From the NCBI RefSeq assembly GCF_040400975.1, contig NZ_JBBAPF010000012.1, positions 27,893-91,892 on the forward strand: DNA of 64,000 nt, given 5' to 3'. The stretch comes from Limnohabitans sp. (GTDB lineage Bacteria; Pseudomonadota; Gammaproteobacteria; Burkholderiales; Burkholderiaceae_C). The stretch's first letter is position 1. Each line of letters starts with the position of its first letter. A program made the position numbers and the translations under genes. Shown here in pieces: positions 21,234 to 30,959 of the stretch. A model generated the notes under the pieces. It had not been told where the DNA came from, did not search any database, and saw only the letters and a program-made list of their open reading frames with translations.

Positions 21234-24200
21234 CTTCTTCGTTGTCCCAAATGCCTTGAAGGCTTCGCATTTGTGCGTTCATAAAAAACTGTCGCTCTGC
21301 AGCTGCATCAACTTCGGTGCTGATGCGGGTGATTTCTTCAGTCAGCGTATTTTTGATGCGCTCGATGTCGGTGATTTCGCAAAAGTACCAAGGCAAGCCA
21401 CCGGCCAAGCCCAGTTGGGCGCGCTGCGCGTTGACGGCGGGCAGCCAGCGCTGGATGGTGAAGTAGCGCTTGAGTTCTTTGTCTTTGGCAAAGCCGGTGA
21501 TTTCGACGATCAGGTTGTACTGCTCACCTTCAGGGGTTTGCACGCGGCACAAAAAATCAGGGTGGTATTGACGCTCAATGCCTTGTTTGTCCACATACGG
21601 TATGGCAAAACCCAAAAAGGCGTTCTTCACGTAGCTTTGCACCTCGGACATTTGCTCAAAGGTCTTGGCGGCAATTTGCTCCCAGCTGTCGGTGTCGGCC
21701 ACGACAAAGTTCACATGACTTTTCTTAGTCGGGTAAACCGGCTTGGTGGTGGCACCGTGCACATAGGCCGAGCTGGAGCGTGGGTTGTAGTGGTTGAGCA
21801 GGGGCAAAATTTGCGGTGCACGCTCGGCTCCAGCGTCCAGGTGTTTTTGCAGGGCTGCCGCTTCAACGCCCAAATACACGGAACGGGCCACGGCCTTGGG
21901 GTCTTCCACACGGATCAGGCGCTTGTAGCGCGTGTCGGTTTCCCCCACCAGCTCGATCTTGTGGTCAAACCACTGCTGCGCAATTCGGCGGATGTCGGTG
22001 AATTTTTCGAGCTGGGGGCGGCCTTGGTCATCGCGGTAGTAGCGGCTCATGACTTCTTTGGCAATCCAGTACACCACCTCTTGGTCGCGCATGCTGTCTA
22101 CATCGGTGATCAGCTCTTGTTCTTCAGACGAAAAGGCACTGCCCATGGTGGTTTGGGTCGGGCGCTCGTTGAGGTTGAGTACGTGCAGGGGTGTGCTCGA
22201 AAAATCGGCGCGCACGCCTTCTAGATCGTGGCTGATTTTGTAGCCAAGCAGGTTGGGGAACTCGATGGCCAGCTCGGCGCGCTCGGGCATGGCGCGCAGT
22301 TGCTGGATGTCTTGCGGGGTAGGCGGGGTGGTTTCACCGCCTTTGAAGAACTTGAAGGGCACGCCGATGATGTGGGCGTATTCGGGCGGAAATTTGCCTG
22401 TTTTGGGGTCCAGAAAATACTGCCTGCGCCGCAGGGCACGCCCGGCCACTTGTTCGCACAACAGTTGCGATCCAAAGGCACGCACACCCACGATGTGCGT
22501 GACGGTGTTGGCATCCCAGCCCTCGGTGAGCATGCCCACACTGACCACACAGCGGATGTGCTCACCCAGCTTGCCGGGACGCCCCACGGTGTTGACGACT
22601 TCTCGCAACAAGTCCCCATCGGTCAGCGCTTCCACCGATTTGTCCGGGTAGCTCAAGCGGTACTCCCGTTTGAAGGCATCGATTTCAGGGGCGAACACCC
22701 GTTTGAATTCGTCATTGACCTGGCCTGAATTTTCCAGGGCCTCGGAGTCGATCAGCAAGGTCGGGGGCTTGCGGCGGCGCTGACGGGTATGGGGTTCGTA
22801 GTTCGAAAACAAAGGCAACAAGCCTTCCACCGCAAAGGGGTTGCCCTCATCGTCCACGGTTTCATAACCCGCGATGTGTTTGTAAACCTCCTTGGACACG
22901 GTCGTGTTGCTGCACACCACAATGAACACGGGCGGCGACGTCAGCAGGTCTTTGCCACGCTCACCGGATTCGCGCAGGCCTTGCTCGTACTTTTCGTAAT
23001 GCTCATAAAACTGCCGCAGGGCGGTTTTGAGCAAGCCAGGTAACTCAGGCGGGCGCTCCAAGGCTGCGTTGTCTTTGGTGCCTGATTTACCCACACCTTC
23101 GGCTTTGTCGCTCTTGCGTTGCCCACGTTGACCCTTCTTGAAGAGTTCGTCTTTGCAGTGGTCGTAAAGATTACGCAGCTTGGGTTCGTCCAACTCTTGC
23201 GAGGTGTCATCCACAGGCAAAAACGGAATTTTGACCAAGCCTGCCTCAATGGCTTCGATCAAGCCAAAGTCGCTGACCACCCAGGGGAAATAGGAATACG
23301 CTGGCCAGCCAGAGCCAGACAGGTAATAAGGCGTTGCAGACAAGTCATAGACCGCGCCAAGTTGCCAACGTTTGGCCATTTCACGCAAGCCGCTGAACCA
23401 TACTGCCGCACGCTCGTTTTCGGTGGCGCTGTTGTCCTCTTCGGTGTCTTTGCCTTTGGCTCTGGGCAAGTAACAGTGGTGCGCTTCGTCGTTGATGACG
23501 GCCATGCGCCTTCCGGGTTTGAAGTGGCTCAGCACCCGTTTGAGCATTTGCGAGACATCCTCTCGAGCCTGCACTTTTTGACCGTCTGCACCGATTTTGC
23601 CGTCCAAGGGGCTTCGCTTGTTGCCACCAATGAGCCGAGGTTCAAACGCATGGAAGTTGGTGATGCTCAGCTTAGCGTTCAATCCGGCCAATAAGCCCGC
23701 ATAGGCTGCAGGCACCAATTGACGTTCGCGGTAGTAGTCCTGTGCTTCGTTGTCGCTTTGCGCGTGGGTGTCGACTCGCAAAACGTTCAAACGGTCGCGA
23801 ATGGTTATGCCAGGTGCCACCAAAAGAAAATAGTCCACGTAGCGCGGATCGTTTCGGTATTGGCTGCGGTTCAAATAGTGATACAGGATCAAACAAGCCA
23901 TGACCACCGTCTTGCCTGTGCCTGTGGCCATTTTGAAGGCGATGCGCGGCAGCACGCTGGCAGGGTCTTCCACGCTTTCATTGGCCAAACGCAGTTGGTC
24001 CAGCACATGGGTGCCCACATTGGATTTGTATGCCACCTCATTGAGCCAAATGGCGGTTTCCACCGCCTCTTGCTGCGCAAAGAACAAACGCTTCCAGTCG
24101 GGGCGCTCAGGGTTCAAAAACCAAAACTGCAACAAGTCTCTGGTGACGCGACTGGTGACATCGGGGTAACCAGACTGCCGCCACAGTGATACTTGATCGC

Positions 24201-24462
24201 GCAGCAAATTAACCAAAAGAGTTTGGTAATTGGCCGCATGGTCGTTCAGGTCATAAAGACTGGTTTGGGCTTGCTGCCCCAAAGGCACTTGCGGGGTTTG
24301 CGGTGAAAAGATGCGACGCCCTGGTCGAACATCGTTGTAATTGAGTTCACCCTCTACAGTTGTAGCGTAGTGATGGCGGGGGGCATCGTAGGGGCTGTTG
24401 AGGATGGGCGAGTCAGCTGCCACTTGTTCCTTTTTCCCGGGTTTGTCGATCTTTTTGACCAT
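21211..24462 (-). CDS. res: type III restriction enzyme Res-like subunit (SF2 DEAH helicase with C-terminal nuclease-like domain)
   Basis: 1083 aa. Motif I ATGTGKTVV, motif II VINDEAHHC, motif III LSATPY, motif VI QVAGRALRR. C-terminal PDF...IVEITG nuclease-like segment. N-terminal ILNSPYDAPRHHY is typical of Res-type enzymes. Confidence 0.85.
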   Translation of the reverse strand: MVKKIDKPGKKEQVAADSPILNSPYDAPRHHYATTVEGELNYNDVRPGRRIFSPQTPQVPLGQQAQTSLYDLNDHAANYQTLLVNLLRDQVSLWRQSGYPDVTSRVTRDLLQFWFLNPERPDWKRLFFAQQEAVETAIWLNEVAYKSNVGTHVLDQLRLANESVEDPASVLPRIAFKMATGTGKTVVMACLILYHYLNRSQYRNDPRYVDYFLLVAPGITIRDRLNVLRVDTHAQSDNEAQDYYRERQLVPAAYAGLLAGLNAKLSITNFHAFEPRLIGGNKRSPLDGKIGADGQKVQAREDVSQMLKRVLSHFKPGRRMAVINDEAHHCYLPRAKGKDTEEDNSATENERAAVWFSGLREMAKRWQLGAVYDLSATPYYLSGSGWPAYSYFPWVVSDFGLIEAIEAGLVKIPFLPVDDTSQELDEPKLRNLYDHCKDELFKKGQRGQRKSDKAEGVGKSGTKDNAALERPPELPGLLKTALRQFYEHYEKYEQGLRESGERGKDLLTSPPVFIVVCSNTTVSKEVYKHIAGYETVDDEGNPFAVEGLLPLFSNYEPHTRQRRRKPPTLLIDSEALENSGQVNDEFKRVFAPEIDAFKREYRLSYPDKSVEALTDGDLLREVVNTVGRPGKLGEHIRCVVSVGMLTEGWDANTVTHIVGVRAFGSQLLCEQVAGRALRRRQYFLDPKTGKFPPEYAHIIGVPFKFFKGGETTPPTPQDIQQLRAMPERAELAIEFPNLLGYKISHDLEGVRADFSSTPLHVLNLNERPTQTTMGSAFSSEEQELITDVDSMRDQEVVYWIAKEVMSRYYRDDQGRPQLEKFTDIRRIAQQWFDHKIELVGETDTRYKRLIRVEDPKAVARSVYLGVEAAALQKHLDAGAERAPQILPLLNHYNPRSSSAYVHGATTKPVYPTKKSHVNFVVADTDSWEQIAAKTFEQMSEVQSYVKNAFLGFAIPYVDKQGIERQYHPDFLCRVQTPEGEQYNLIVEITGFAKDKELKRYFTIQRWLPAVNAQRAQLGLAGGLPWYFCEITDIERIKNTLTEEITRISTEVDAAAERQFFMNAQMRSLQGIWDNEEDEIWNDL

Positions 24463-24504
24463 GGCTCAATGCAGTGTTCACCGGAAAATTGAATGACCGT
24501 GTAT

Positions 24505-24537
24505 TAAAACAAAAAACCGCCATCAAAGGCGGTTTTC
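24505..24537 (-). terminator. rho-independent terminator of fba
   Basis: Stem aaccgcc / ggcggtt. On the minus strand the hairpin is followed by ttttttgtttt. Confidence 0.75.
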
Positions 24538-24559
24538 AGTGGAATAGACTCGAAGAACT

Positions 24560-25624
24560 TCAGTTCACCACTTGCGCCAATTCACCCCGGGCATAACGGG
24601 CGGCCACCACCTGCAGGTTGTCGCCCTTGATCTTGGGCGCTTGGCCTTCGCAACCGAACTCCAGGTAGCGCTGCTTGCAGATTTGTTTGGCCGCTTCGCG
24701 GGCGGGCTTGAGCCATTCGCGGGCGTCGAACTTGTCAGGGTTTTCAAACAAAAATTTGCGCACCGCCGCTGTCATGGCCAGGCGGATGTCCGTGTCGATG
24801 TTGATCTTGCGTACGCCGTGCTGAATGGCTTCCTGGATTTCTTCGACCGGCACGCCGTAAGTTTCTTTCATCTTGCCGCCGTACTGGTTGATCATGGCCA
24901 GCAGCTCTTGCGGCACGCTGGACGAGCCGTGCATCACCAAATGGGTGTTGGGAATGCGCTGGTGGATTTCCTTGACGCGGCTGATGGCCAAAATATCGCC
25001 CGTGGGCTTGCGGCTGAACTTGTAAGCGCCGTGGCTGGTGCCAATCGCAATGGCCAGTGCGTCCAGGCCCGTGGCTTTGACGAACTGGGCGGCTTCTTCG
25101 GGGTCGGTCAGCATTTGGCTGTGGTCCAGCTTGCCTTCGGCGCCAATGCCGTCTTCTTCACCGGCTTCGCCGGTTTCCAAGTTGCCAAGGCACCCCAATT
25201 CACCTTCCACCGAGACGCCCAACTTGTGGGCCATGTCCACCACCCGGCGTGTCACGTCGACGTTGTAAGCAAAGTCGGCCGGGGTCTTGCCGTCTTCGAG
25301 CAAGGAGCCGTCCATCATCACCGACGAGAAACCCAGGTTGATCGCGCCTTGGCAGATGGCAGGGCTTTGGCCGTGGTCCTGGTGCATGACCAGCGGTATG
25401 TGTGGCCATTGCTCGGTGGCTGCCTGGATCAGGTGCTTGATGAACGGCTCACCCGCATATTTACGGGCACCTGCGCTGGCCTGGAGGATGACCGGGGCAC
25501 CGACTTCGTCGGCCGCCGTCATGACGGCTTGGACTTGCTCGAGGTTGTTGACGTTGAAAGCTGGAATGCCGTAACCGTTGACGGCTGCGTGATCCAGCAG
25601 CTCGCGCATAGAAACGAGTGCCAT
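24560..25624 (-). CDS. fba: class II fructose-bisphosphate aldolase (Calvin-cycle/FbaA subtype)
   Basis: [27 protein letters not shown] ... HQDHG ... GTSHGAYKF. Start trimmed to the ATG at 25624 (354 aa). Confidence 0.9.
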   Translation of the reverse strand: MALVSMRELLDHAAVNGYGIPAFNVNNLEQVQAVMTAADEVGAPVILQASAGARKYAGEPFIKHLIQAATEQWPHIPLVMHQDHGQSPAICQGAINLGFSSVMMDGSLLEDGKTPADFAYNVDVTRRVVDMAHKLGVSVEGELGCLGNLETGEAGEEDGIGAEGKLDHSQMLTDPEEAAQFVKATGLDALAIAIGTSHGAYKFSRKPTGDILAISRVKEIHQRIPNTHLVMHGSSSVPQELLAMINQYGGKMKETYGVPVEEIQEAIQHGVRKINIDTDIRLAMTAAVRKFLFENPDKFDAREWLKPAREAAKQICKQRYLEFGCEGQAPKIKGDNLQVVAARYARGELAQVVN

Positions 25625-25775
25625 GGTGGTGATGTCCCGGGAAGTTTGAAAATATGAATGCACCGGGAGGTCGCCCGGCCAAAGATCGACCCAGATTTTA
25701 TAGGTTTCAGTTCGTCACGGTCCTGTACCACCTCCTGAATCGGGTGGCAGGTTCCAACATAAGCATGCGTCTTTC

Positions 25776-27209
25776 TCAGACCACTTTGCAAATTTTCAGC
25801 ATATTGGTGCCACCGGGCGAACCCATGGGCTCGCCGCAGGTGATGGCGTACACATCGCCTGAACTCACAATACCGCGGTTTTTCAGGTGGTTTTCAGCCT
25901 CGACCAAAGCCGTGTCGCGGTCAGCACTGGTGTCCATCAACAATGGGCGCACGTTGCGAAACAAAGCCATCTTGCGCTGAGAGGACAGCTTGGTGGTCAA
26001 CGCATAGATCGGAATGTGGACACGGCGACGGCTCATCCACAGGGCTGTGGATCCCGATTCGGTCATGGCCACAATGGCTTTGGCACCCAAATGGCTGGCT
26101 GTAAACAAAGCCCCCATGGCAATCGACTGGTCGATGCGGCTGAAGGTCTGACCTTTGAAGTCGGCATCGATTTCCACGTCTTCAGCACCCTCAGCGGCCA
26201 AACAAATCTTGGCCATCTCTTCTACCGTCTCCAGCGGGTATTTGCCTGCAGCCGTCTCCGCACTGAGCATGACCGCATCGGTGCCGTCCAGCACGGCATT
26301 GGCCACGTCCGAGACCTCGGCGCGGGTGGGCACCGGGTTGGTGATCATGCTTTCCATCATCTGGGTGGCTGTGATGACGACCTTGTCGTGCACTTTGGCC
26401 AGCTTGATCATGCGTTTTTGCAGAGCGGGCACGGCGGCGTTACCGACTTCGACAGCCAAATCACCCCGAGCCACCATGATGCCGTCGCTGGCGATCAGGA
26501 TGCTCTCAAGGTGTGGAATGGCCTCAGCGCGCTCGATCTTGGCAATCAGGCCTGGCTTATGACCGAACTCGGCACCCGCCACATTGCACAGTTGGCGGGC
26601 CATTTCCATGTCGGTGGCATTTTTCGGAAAGCTCACCGCCACATAGTCTGCACGCAGGCTCATGGCGGTTTTGATGTCTTCCATGTCCTTGGCGGTCAAG
26701 GCGGGTGCCGTGAGGCCGCCGCCTTGCTTGTTGATGCCTTTGTTGTTGGACAACTCGCCACCCAGCTTGACGGTGGTGTGCACTTGCTCACCTTTGACGG
26801 ACACCACATTGAGCACAATCAGACCATCGTTGAGGAGCAGGACGTCACCGGCTTTCACATCGCGAGGCAATTCCTTGTAATCGAGACCCACACCTTGCAA
26901 ATCACCGGGTTCGGCGCGTGAGGCATCCAGCACAAAAGCAGCACCAGACTCCAGCATCACTTTGCCTTCTGCAAACTTGCCCACGCGGATCTTGGGACCC
27001 TGCAGATCGGCCATGATCGCCACCTCCCGGCCCGCACGTTGCGAAGCCTCGCGCACCAAGCGCGCACGGTCCACGTGGTCTTGTGCCTTGCCATGGCTGA
27101 AATTGAGGCGAACCACATTCACGCCAGCCCGAATCATGGCCTCAAGCAGCGCAGGGTCACTGGAAGCAGGGCCTAAAGTGGCAACAATCTTGGTGGCGCG
27201 ACGGGACAT
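25776..27209 (-). CDS. pyk: pyruvate kinase
   Basis: MSRRATKIVATLGPAS ... NFSHG ... MVARGDLAVE. 477 aa. Confidence 0.9.
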   Translation of the reverse strand: MSRRATKIVATLGPASSDPALLEAMIRAGVNVVRLNFSHGKAQDHVDRARLVREASQRAGREVAIMADLQGPKIRVGKFAEGKVMLESGAAFVLDASRAEPGDLQGVGLDYKELPRDVKAGDVLLLNDGLIVLNVVSVKGEQVHTTVKLGGELSNNKGINKQGGGLTAPALTAKDMEDIKTAMSLRADYVAVSFPKNATDMEMARQLCNVAGAEFGHKPGLIAKIERAEAIPHLESILIASDGIMVARGDLAVEVGNAAVPALQKRMIKLAKVHDKVVITATQMMESMITNPVPTRAEVSDVANAVLDGTDAVMLSAETAAGKYPLETVEEMAKICLAAEGAEDVEIDADFKGQTFSRIDQSIAMGALFTASHLGAKAIVAMTESGSTALWMSRRRVHIPIYALTTKLSSQRKMALFRNVRPLLMDTSADRDTALVEAENHLKNRGIVSSGDVYAITCGEPMGSPGGTNMLKICKVV

Positions 27210-27363
27210 TCAGCGATCTCCATTTGTAAGTTTTCAATTCTCACACGAAAAAGTGATCACTCTGACACTTTCGTAGGTTTGCGCGACTGCGGCAGCTTAC
27301 CCCCAAGCAAAGCCCTTGAATTGATCTCAGTCAGGCCACTGAAACAGCTTGCCACTAAACTCC

Positions 27364-28506
27364 ATGTCGACCGATTTACTTTTGAGCGTCATGACTGCCT
27401 TACACACCCCGCCCGTCGATCAACCCATTGCCCTGGACCAAGCCTTGCCTCACCGTAAGACTTTACGCGAGTGGCTGGTCCCTTTGTCACAGCGCAGCAC
27501 CATGCGAGCCTTGGTGCTGCTGGCCTTTGACTACGCCTTGTTTTTTGCATTGATCGCCGCCACTGTGGCTTTCGAGGCCATCTGGCTCAAATTGCTGTGT
27601 GGCGCCATTGCAGGCTTCGTGATTGGCCGCCTGTTTGTGATCGGCCACGATGCCTGCCACCAAAGCCTCACCCCCCACCGCGAACTGAACAAGGTGCTGG
27701 GCCGCATCGCGTTCTTGCCTTCCCTGACCCCCTACAGCCTGTGGGACACCGGCCACAACGTGGTGCACCACGGCTACACCAATCTCAAAGGCGTGGACTT
27801 TGTCTGGACACCTTTGACGGCCGAAGAATTTGCCGCGCTGAGCCCTGTGGAGCGCTTGCTTCAACGCGCCTACCGCAGCGGCTGGGCGCCCGGTCTTTAT
27901 TACATGATCGAAATTTGGTGGAAGCGCGAACTCTTCCCGAACAAAACCCACATGCCTACCCGCCGCCCCATCTTCTTCAAAGACAGCCTGCTGGTGAGTC
28001 TGTTTGGTGTTTTTTGGCTGGCAACCGTCGCCGCAGCCGCGGCTTATACGGGTCAGTCGGTTTGGTTGTCCTTGCTGATGGGTGTTTTGATCCCCTTCTT
28101 TTGCTGGAACACCATGATCGGATTCGTGGTCTACGTGCACCATACCCATGTGAAGGTCTCTTGGCATGACAACAAGGCAGCTTGGACCAAAGCGGCACCC
28201 TTTGTTTCAACCACCGTCCACCTGACTTTTCCGTTCAACATCGGCGGCATGATGCACCACATCATGGAACACACGGCCCACCATGTGGACATGAGCATCC
28301 CGCTGTACCGATTGAAGCAGGCGCAAGCCAAACTCGAAGAAATGCTGCCGGGCCGCATCATCGTCCAAGCCTTCAGCTGGAAGTGGTACTTTGAAACCGC
28401 CAAAAACTGCAAGATGTACGACTTTGGCCGTGAATGCTGGACCGACTTTCAGGGCAACATGACGAGTCCGGTCCGTGGCAATCTGCCCCCTGCCGCACAA
28501 GCCTGA
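27364..28506 (+). CDS. membrane fatty-acid desaturase family protein
   Basis: Three histidine boxes: HDACH, HNVVHH, HTAHH. TM segments. ATG at 27364 preferred over the TTG at 27349. Confidence 0.8.
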   Translation: MSTDLLLSVMTALHTPPVDQPIALDQALPHRKTLREWLVPLSQRSTMRALVLLAFDYALFFALIAATVAFEAIWLKLLCGAIAGFVIGRLFVIGHDACHQSLTPHRELNKVLGRIAFLPSLTPYSLWDTGHNVVHHGYTNLKGVDFVWTPLTAEEFAALSPVERLLQRAYRSGWAPGLYYMIEIWWKRELFPNKTHMPTRRPIFFKDSLLVSLFGVFWLATVAAAAAYTGQSVWLSLLMGVLIPFFCWNTMIGFVVYVHHTHVKVSWHDNKAAWTKAAPFVSTTVHLTFPFNIGGMMHHIMEHTAHHVDMSIPLYRLKQAQAKLEEMLPGRIIVQAFSWKWYFETAKNCKMYDFGRECWTDFQGNMTSPVRGNLPPAAQA

Positions 28507-28528
28507 TCGGGACTTGGCCCGAAACCAC

Positions 28529-28557
28529 AAAAAAACCCCGCCATGCGGGGTTTTTTT
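28529..28557. terminator. bidirectional rho-independent terminator (desaturase / pgk)
   Basis: aaaaaaa-ccccgc-cat-gcgggg-ttttttt between convergent genes. Confidence 0.8.
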
Positions 28558-28572
28558 GTGGGTGGGAATGCG

Positions 28573-29766
28573 TCAACCGGCAGCGCGCTTGGCCAGGATC
28601 TCGAAGGCGGGCAAGGTCTTGCCCTCCAAAATTTCAAGAAATGCACCGCCGCCCGTAGAGATGTAACCCACTTGCTTTTCGATGCCGTACTTGGCAATTG
28701 CGGCCAAGGTGTCGCCCCCGCCTGCGATGCTGAATGCCTTGGACTCGGCAATCGCGTGCGCAATCACCTGGGTGCCATGTTCAAAAGCCGCAAACTCAAA
28801 AACGCCCACGGGCCCATTCCACACGATGGTGCCTGCCTGTTTGAGTTGCTGAGCCAGCTTGGCGGCGGTCTCAGGGCCAATGTCCAAAATCAAATCGTCA
28901 TCGGCAACTTCGGTGGCTTTCTTCACCGTCGCCAGCGCGTCGGCGGCAAAGGTTTTGGCGGTCACCACATCGGTGGGGATCGGCACTTCTGCGCCACGCG
29001 CCTTCATGGCGTCGATCACGGCTTTGGCCTCGTCCACCAAGTCGGCTTCGGCCAGGCTCTTGCCGATCTTCAGGCCCGCCGCCAGCATGAAGGTGTTGGC
29101 GATACCGCCACCCACGATCAACTGGTCCACGTTTTGCGACAGACTCTTCAAAATGGTCAGTTTCGTGCTGACCTTGGAGCCCGCCACGATGGCCACCAAG
29201 GGCCTTTGCGGGGCCTCCAGGGCTTGGCCAATCGCGTCAATTTCTGCGGCCAACAAGGGGCCTGCACAGGCAATGGGCGCGAACTGGGCGATGCCATAGG
29301 TCGTGCCCTCAGCGCGGTGCGCGGTGCCAAAGGCATCGTTCACGTAGATGTCGCACAAGGCGGCCATTTTGCGAGCCAGCGCCTCGTTGTTTTTCTTCTC
29401 ACCCTTGTTGACGCGACAGTTTTCCAGCAAGACGACCTGACCGGGTTCGACCTTCACGCCATCAACCCAGTTGGACAACAGCGGCACATCACGGCCCAGC
29501 AACTCGCCCAGACGTTGGGCCACTGGGGCCAAAGAATCTTCGGCTCTGAAGGCCCCCTCGATCGGGCGACCCAAATGCGAGGTGACCATCACCGCCGCGC
29601 CCGCCTCCAAGGCCATCTGAATGCAAGGAACGCTGGCACGAATGCGCGTGTCTTCGGTGATGCTGCCGTCATGGGCTTGCGGCACATTCAGATCGGCGCG
29701 AATGAACACACGTTGTCCAGCCACTTGACCTCTGGCGCACAGATCTGAAAAACGAATGACATTCAT
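28573..29766 (-). CDS. pgk: phosphoglycerate kinase
   Basis: [10 protein letters not shown] ... SHLGRP ... GGGDT. 397 aa. Confidence 0.92.
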   Translation of the reverse strand: MNVIRFSDLCARGQVAGQRVFIRADLNVPQAHDGSITEDTRIRASVPCIQMALEAGAAVMVTSHLGRPIEGAFRAEDSLAPVAQRLGELLGRDVPLLSNWVDGVKVEPGQVVLLENCRVNKGEKKNNEALARKMAALCDIYVNDAFGTAHRAEGTTYGIAQFAPIACAGPLLAAEIDAIGQALEAPQRPLVAIVAGSKVSTKLTILKSLSQNVDQLIVGGGIANTFMLAAGLKIGKSLAEADLVDEAKAVIDAMKARGAEVPIPTDVVTAKTFAADALATVKKATEVADDDLILDIGPETAAKLAQQLKQAGTIVWNGPVGVFEFAAFEHGTQVIAHAIAESKAFSIAGGGDTLAAIAKYGIEKQVGYISTGGGAFLEILEGKTLPAFEILAKRAAG

Positions 29767-29895
29767 GGGAAAACTTGACCTCTACCTGTTAATTCGGGAG
29801 ACATTTTAAAAGCAGCGCCTGACAAGGACTGACAGCGCCGCCGCCAGCGGCAATCGCAGACATCCAAAAGCATGTGCAAAGCATTTGATGGCGGC

Positions 29896-30231
29896 CTACC
29901 AGCCAAGGCCCAAACGCAATGGCAGGTACACCGCCATGCCTGCGAGGATGGTGATCAGCACATCACGCCGCCAAAAGTAAGCAGCCACACCCACCACAGC
30001 CGCGTACAACCGGGCATCTTGCCAAGTACTGACCAACTCACCTTGGACGGTGATGACTTCGGGAATGACCACCGCCGAGAGCGCTGCAATCGGGGCGTAC
30101 TGCAAACCGCGTTGCGCCCAGTTGGGCAATTGCCAAGACTGGCTGGAGATGAAAAAGAAACTTCGAGCCACCACCGTCACCACGGCCAAACCCACGATGA
30201 CAGCCAAGGTCCACAGGTCGGTTTCGTTCAT
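29896..30231 (-). CDS. azlD: branched-chain amino acid exporter small subunit AzlD
   Basis: 111 aa hydrophobic protein starting MNETDLWTLAVIVGLAVVT. 4-nt overlap with azlC. The ORF-track N-terminal extension was discarded. Confidence 0.75.
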   Translation of the reverse strand: MNETDLWTLAVIVGLAVVTVVARSFFFISSQSWQLPNWAQRGLQYAPIAALSAVVIPEVITVQGELVSTWQDARLYAAVVGVAAYFWRRDVLITILAGMAVYLPLRLGLGW

Positions 30232-30959
30232 GCCGCCGCCTTGGGTGTTGGTCGGATTTTTTCGACCGTCAAGCACAGGATCACCGCCACGGCGATCGCC
30301 ACCACGATGTTGAGTTTCAAAGGCAAGTGGTAGGCCACCACCGCCGCTACACCTGCCACCGCCGCTGACAAAATGCGCATGCGCGAACTGGCCAGCGAAC
30401 ATTGGATGCCCAGCAGACACAAAATACCCGCAAAGCCCAAGCCCCATTCGGGTGGGATCAGGTTGGCCAAGCCAACACCCAACAGGCTGGCCACGATCCA
30501 ACTGCTCCAGTTCAAAAAGTAGTTGCCCGCCAAATAAGCCTCTTGCGCTGTGCGCTCGGCGTCGGTGTCACCGGGCTGCGCGTAGCGCCGGGTGAACAAC
30601 ACATAGCTGATGTCAGCGGTGAAGTAGCCGTGGCACATGCGCTGCCAGCGCGGCAAGTGCATGAGATAAGGCCGCAAATGCAGGCTGAACACCACAAAAC
30701 GCAGGTTCACGCAAAAACCGGTGGCCAAAATCACCCAAGCCGGAGCGCCTGCGACCAACAGCGGAATGGCCGCCAGCTGCGAGCTGCCCGCAAACACCAG
30801 CAGGGTCATGGCCACCGCCTCGAACACACTCATGCCCGACTTGACCATGGCCACACCCGTCATCAGGCCCCAAGCGGCCACGCCCGGTGCTTGCGGGGCC
30901 AGGTCGCGCAGGCCTTGCCAAAACTCGGCATGCCGGTAAAGCGTGGGCCGAAAAAACAT
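30228..30959 (-). CDS. azlC: AzlC family branched-chain amino acid exporter subunit
   Basis: 243 aa polytopic protein (FAGSSQLAAI motif). The ATG at 30959 shares one base with the fmt stop (TGATG). Confidence 0.75.
   Translation of the reverse strand: MFFRPTLYRHAEFWQGLRDLAPQAPGVAAWGLMTGVAMVKSGMSVFEAVAMTLLVFAGSSQLAAIPLLVAGAPAWVILATGFCVNLRFVVFSLHLRPYLMHLPRWQRMCHGYFTADISYVLFTRRYAQPGDTDAERTAQEAYLAGNYFLNWSSWIVASLLGVGLANLIPPEWGLGFAGILCLLGIQCSLASSRMRILSAAVAGVAAVVAYHLPLKLNIVVAIAVAVILCLTVEKIRPTPKAAA

Noticed and set aside
28543-29748. 401-aa plus-strand ORF
   Set aside because: Antisense to pgk. High-GC shadow ORF.
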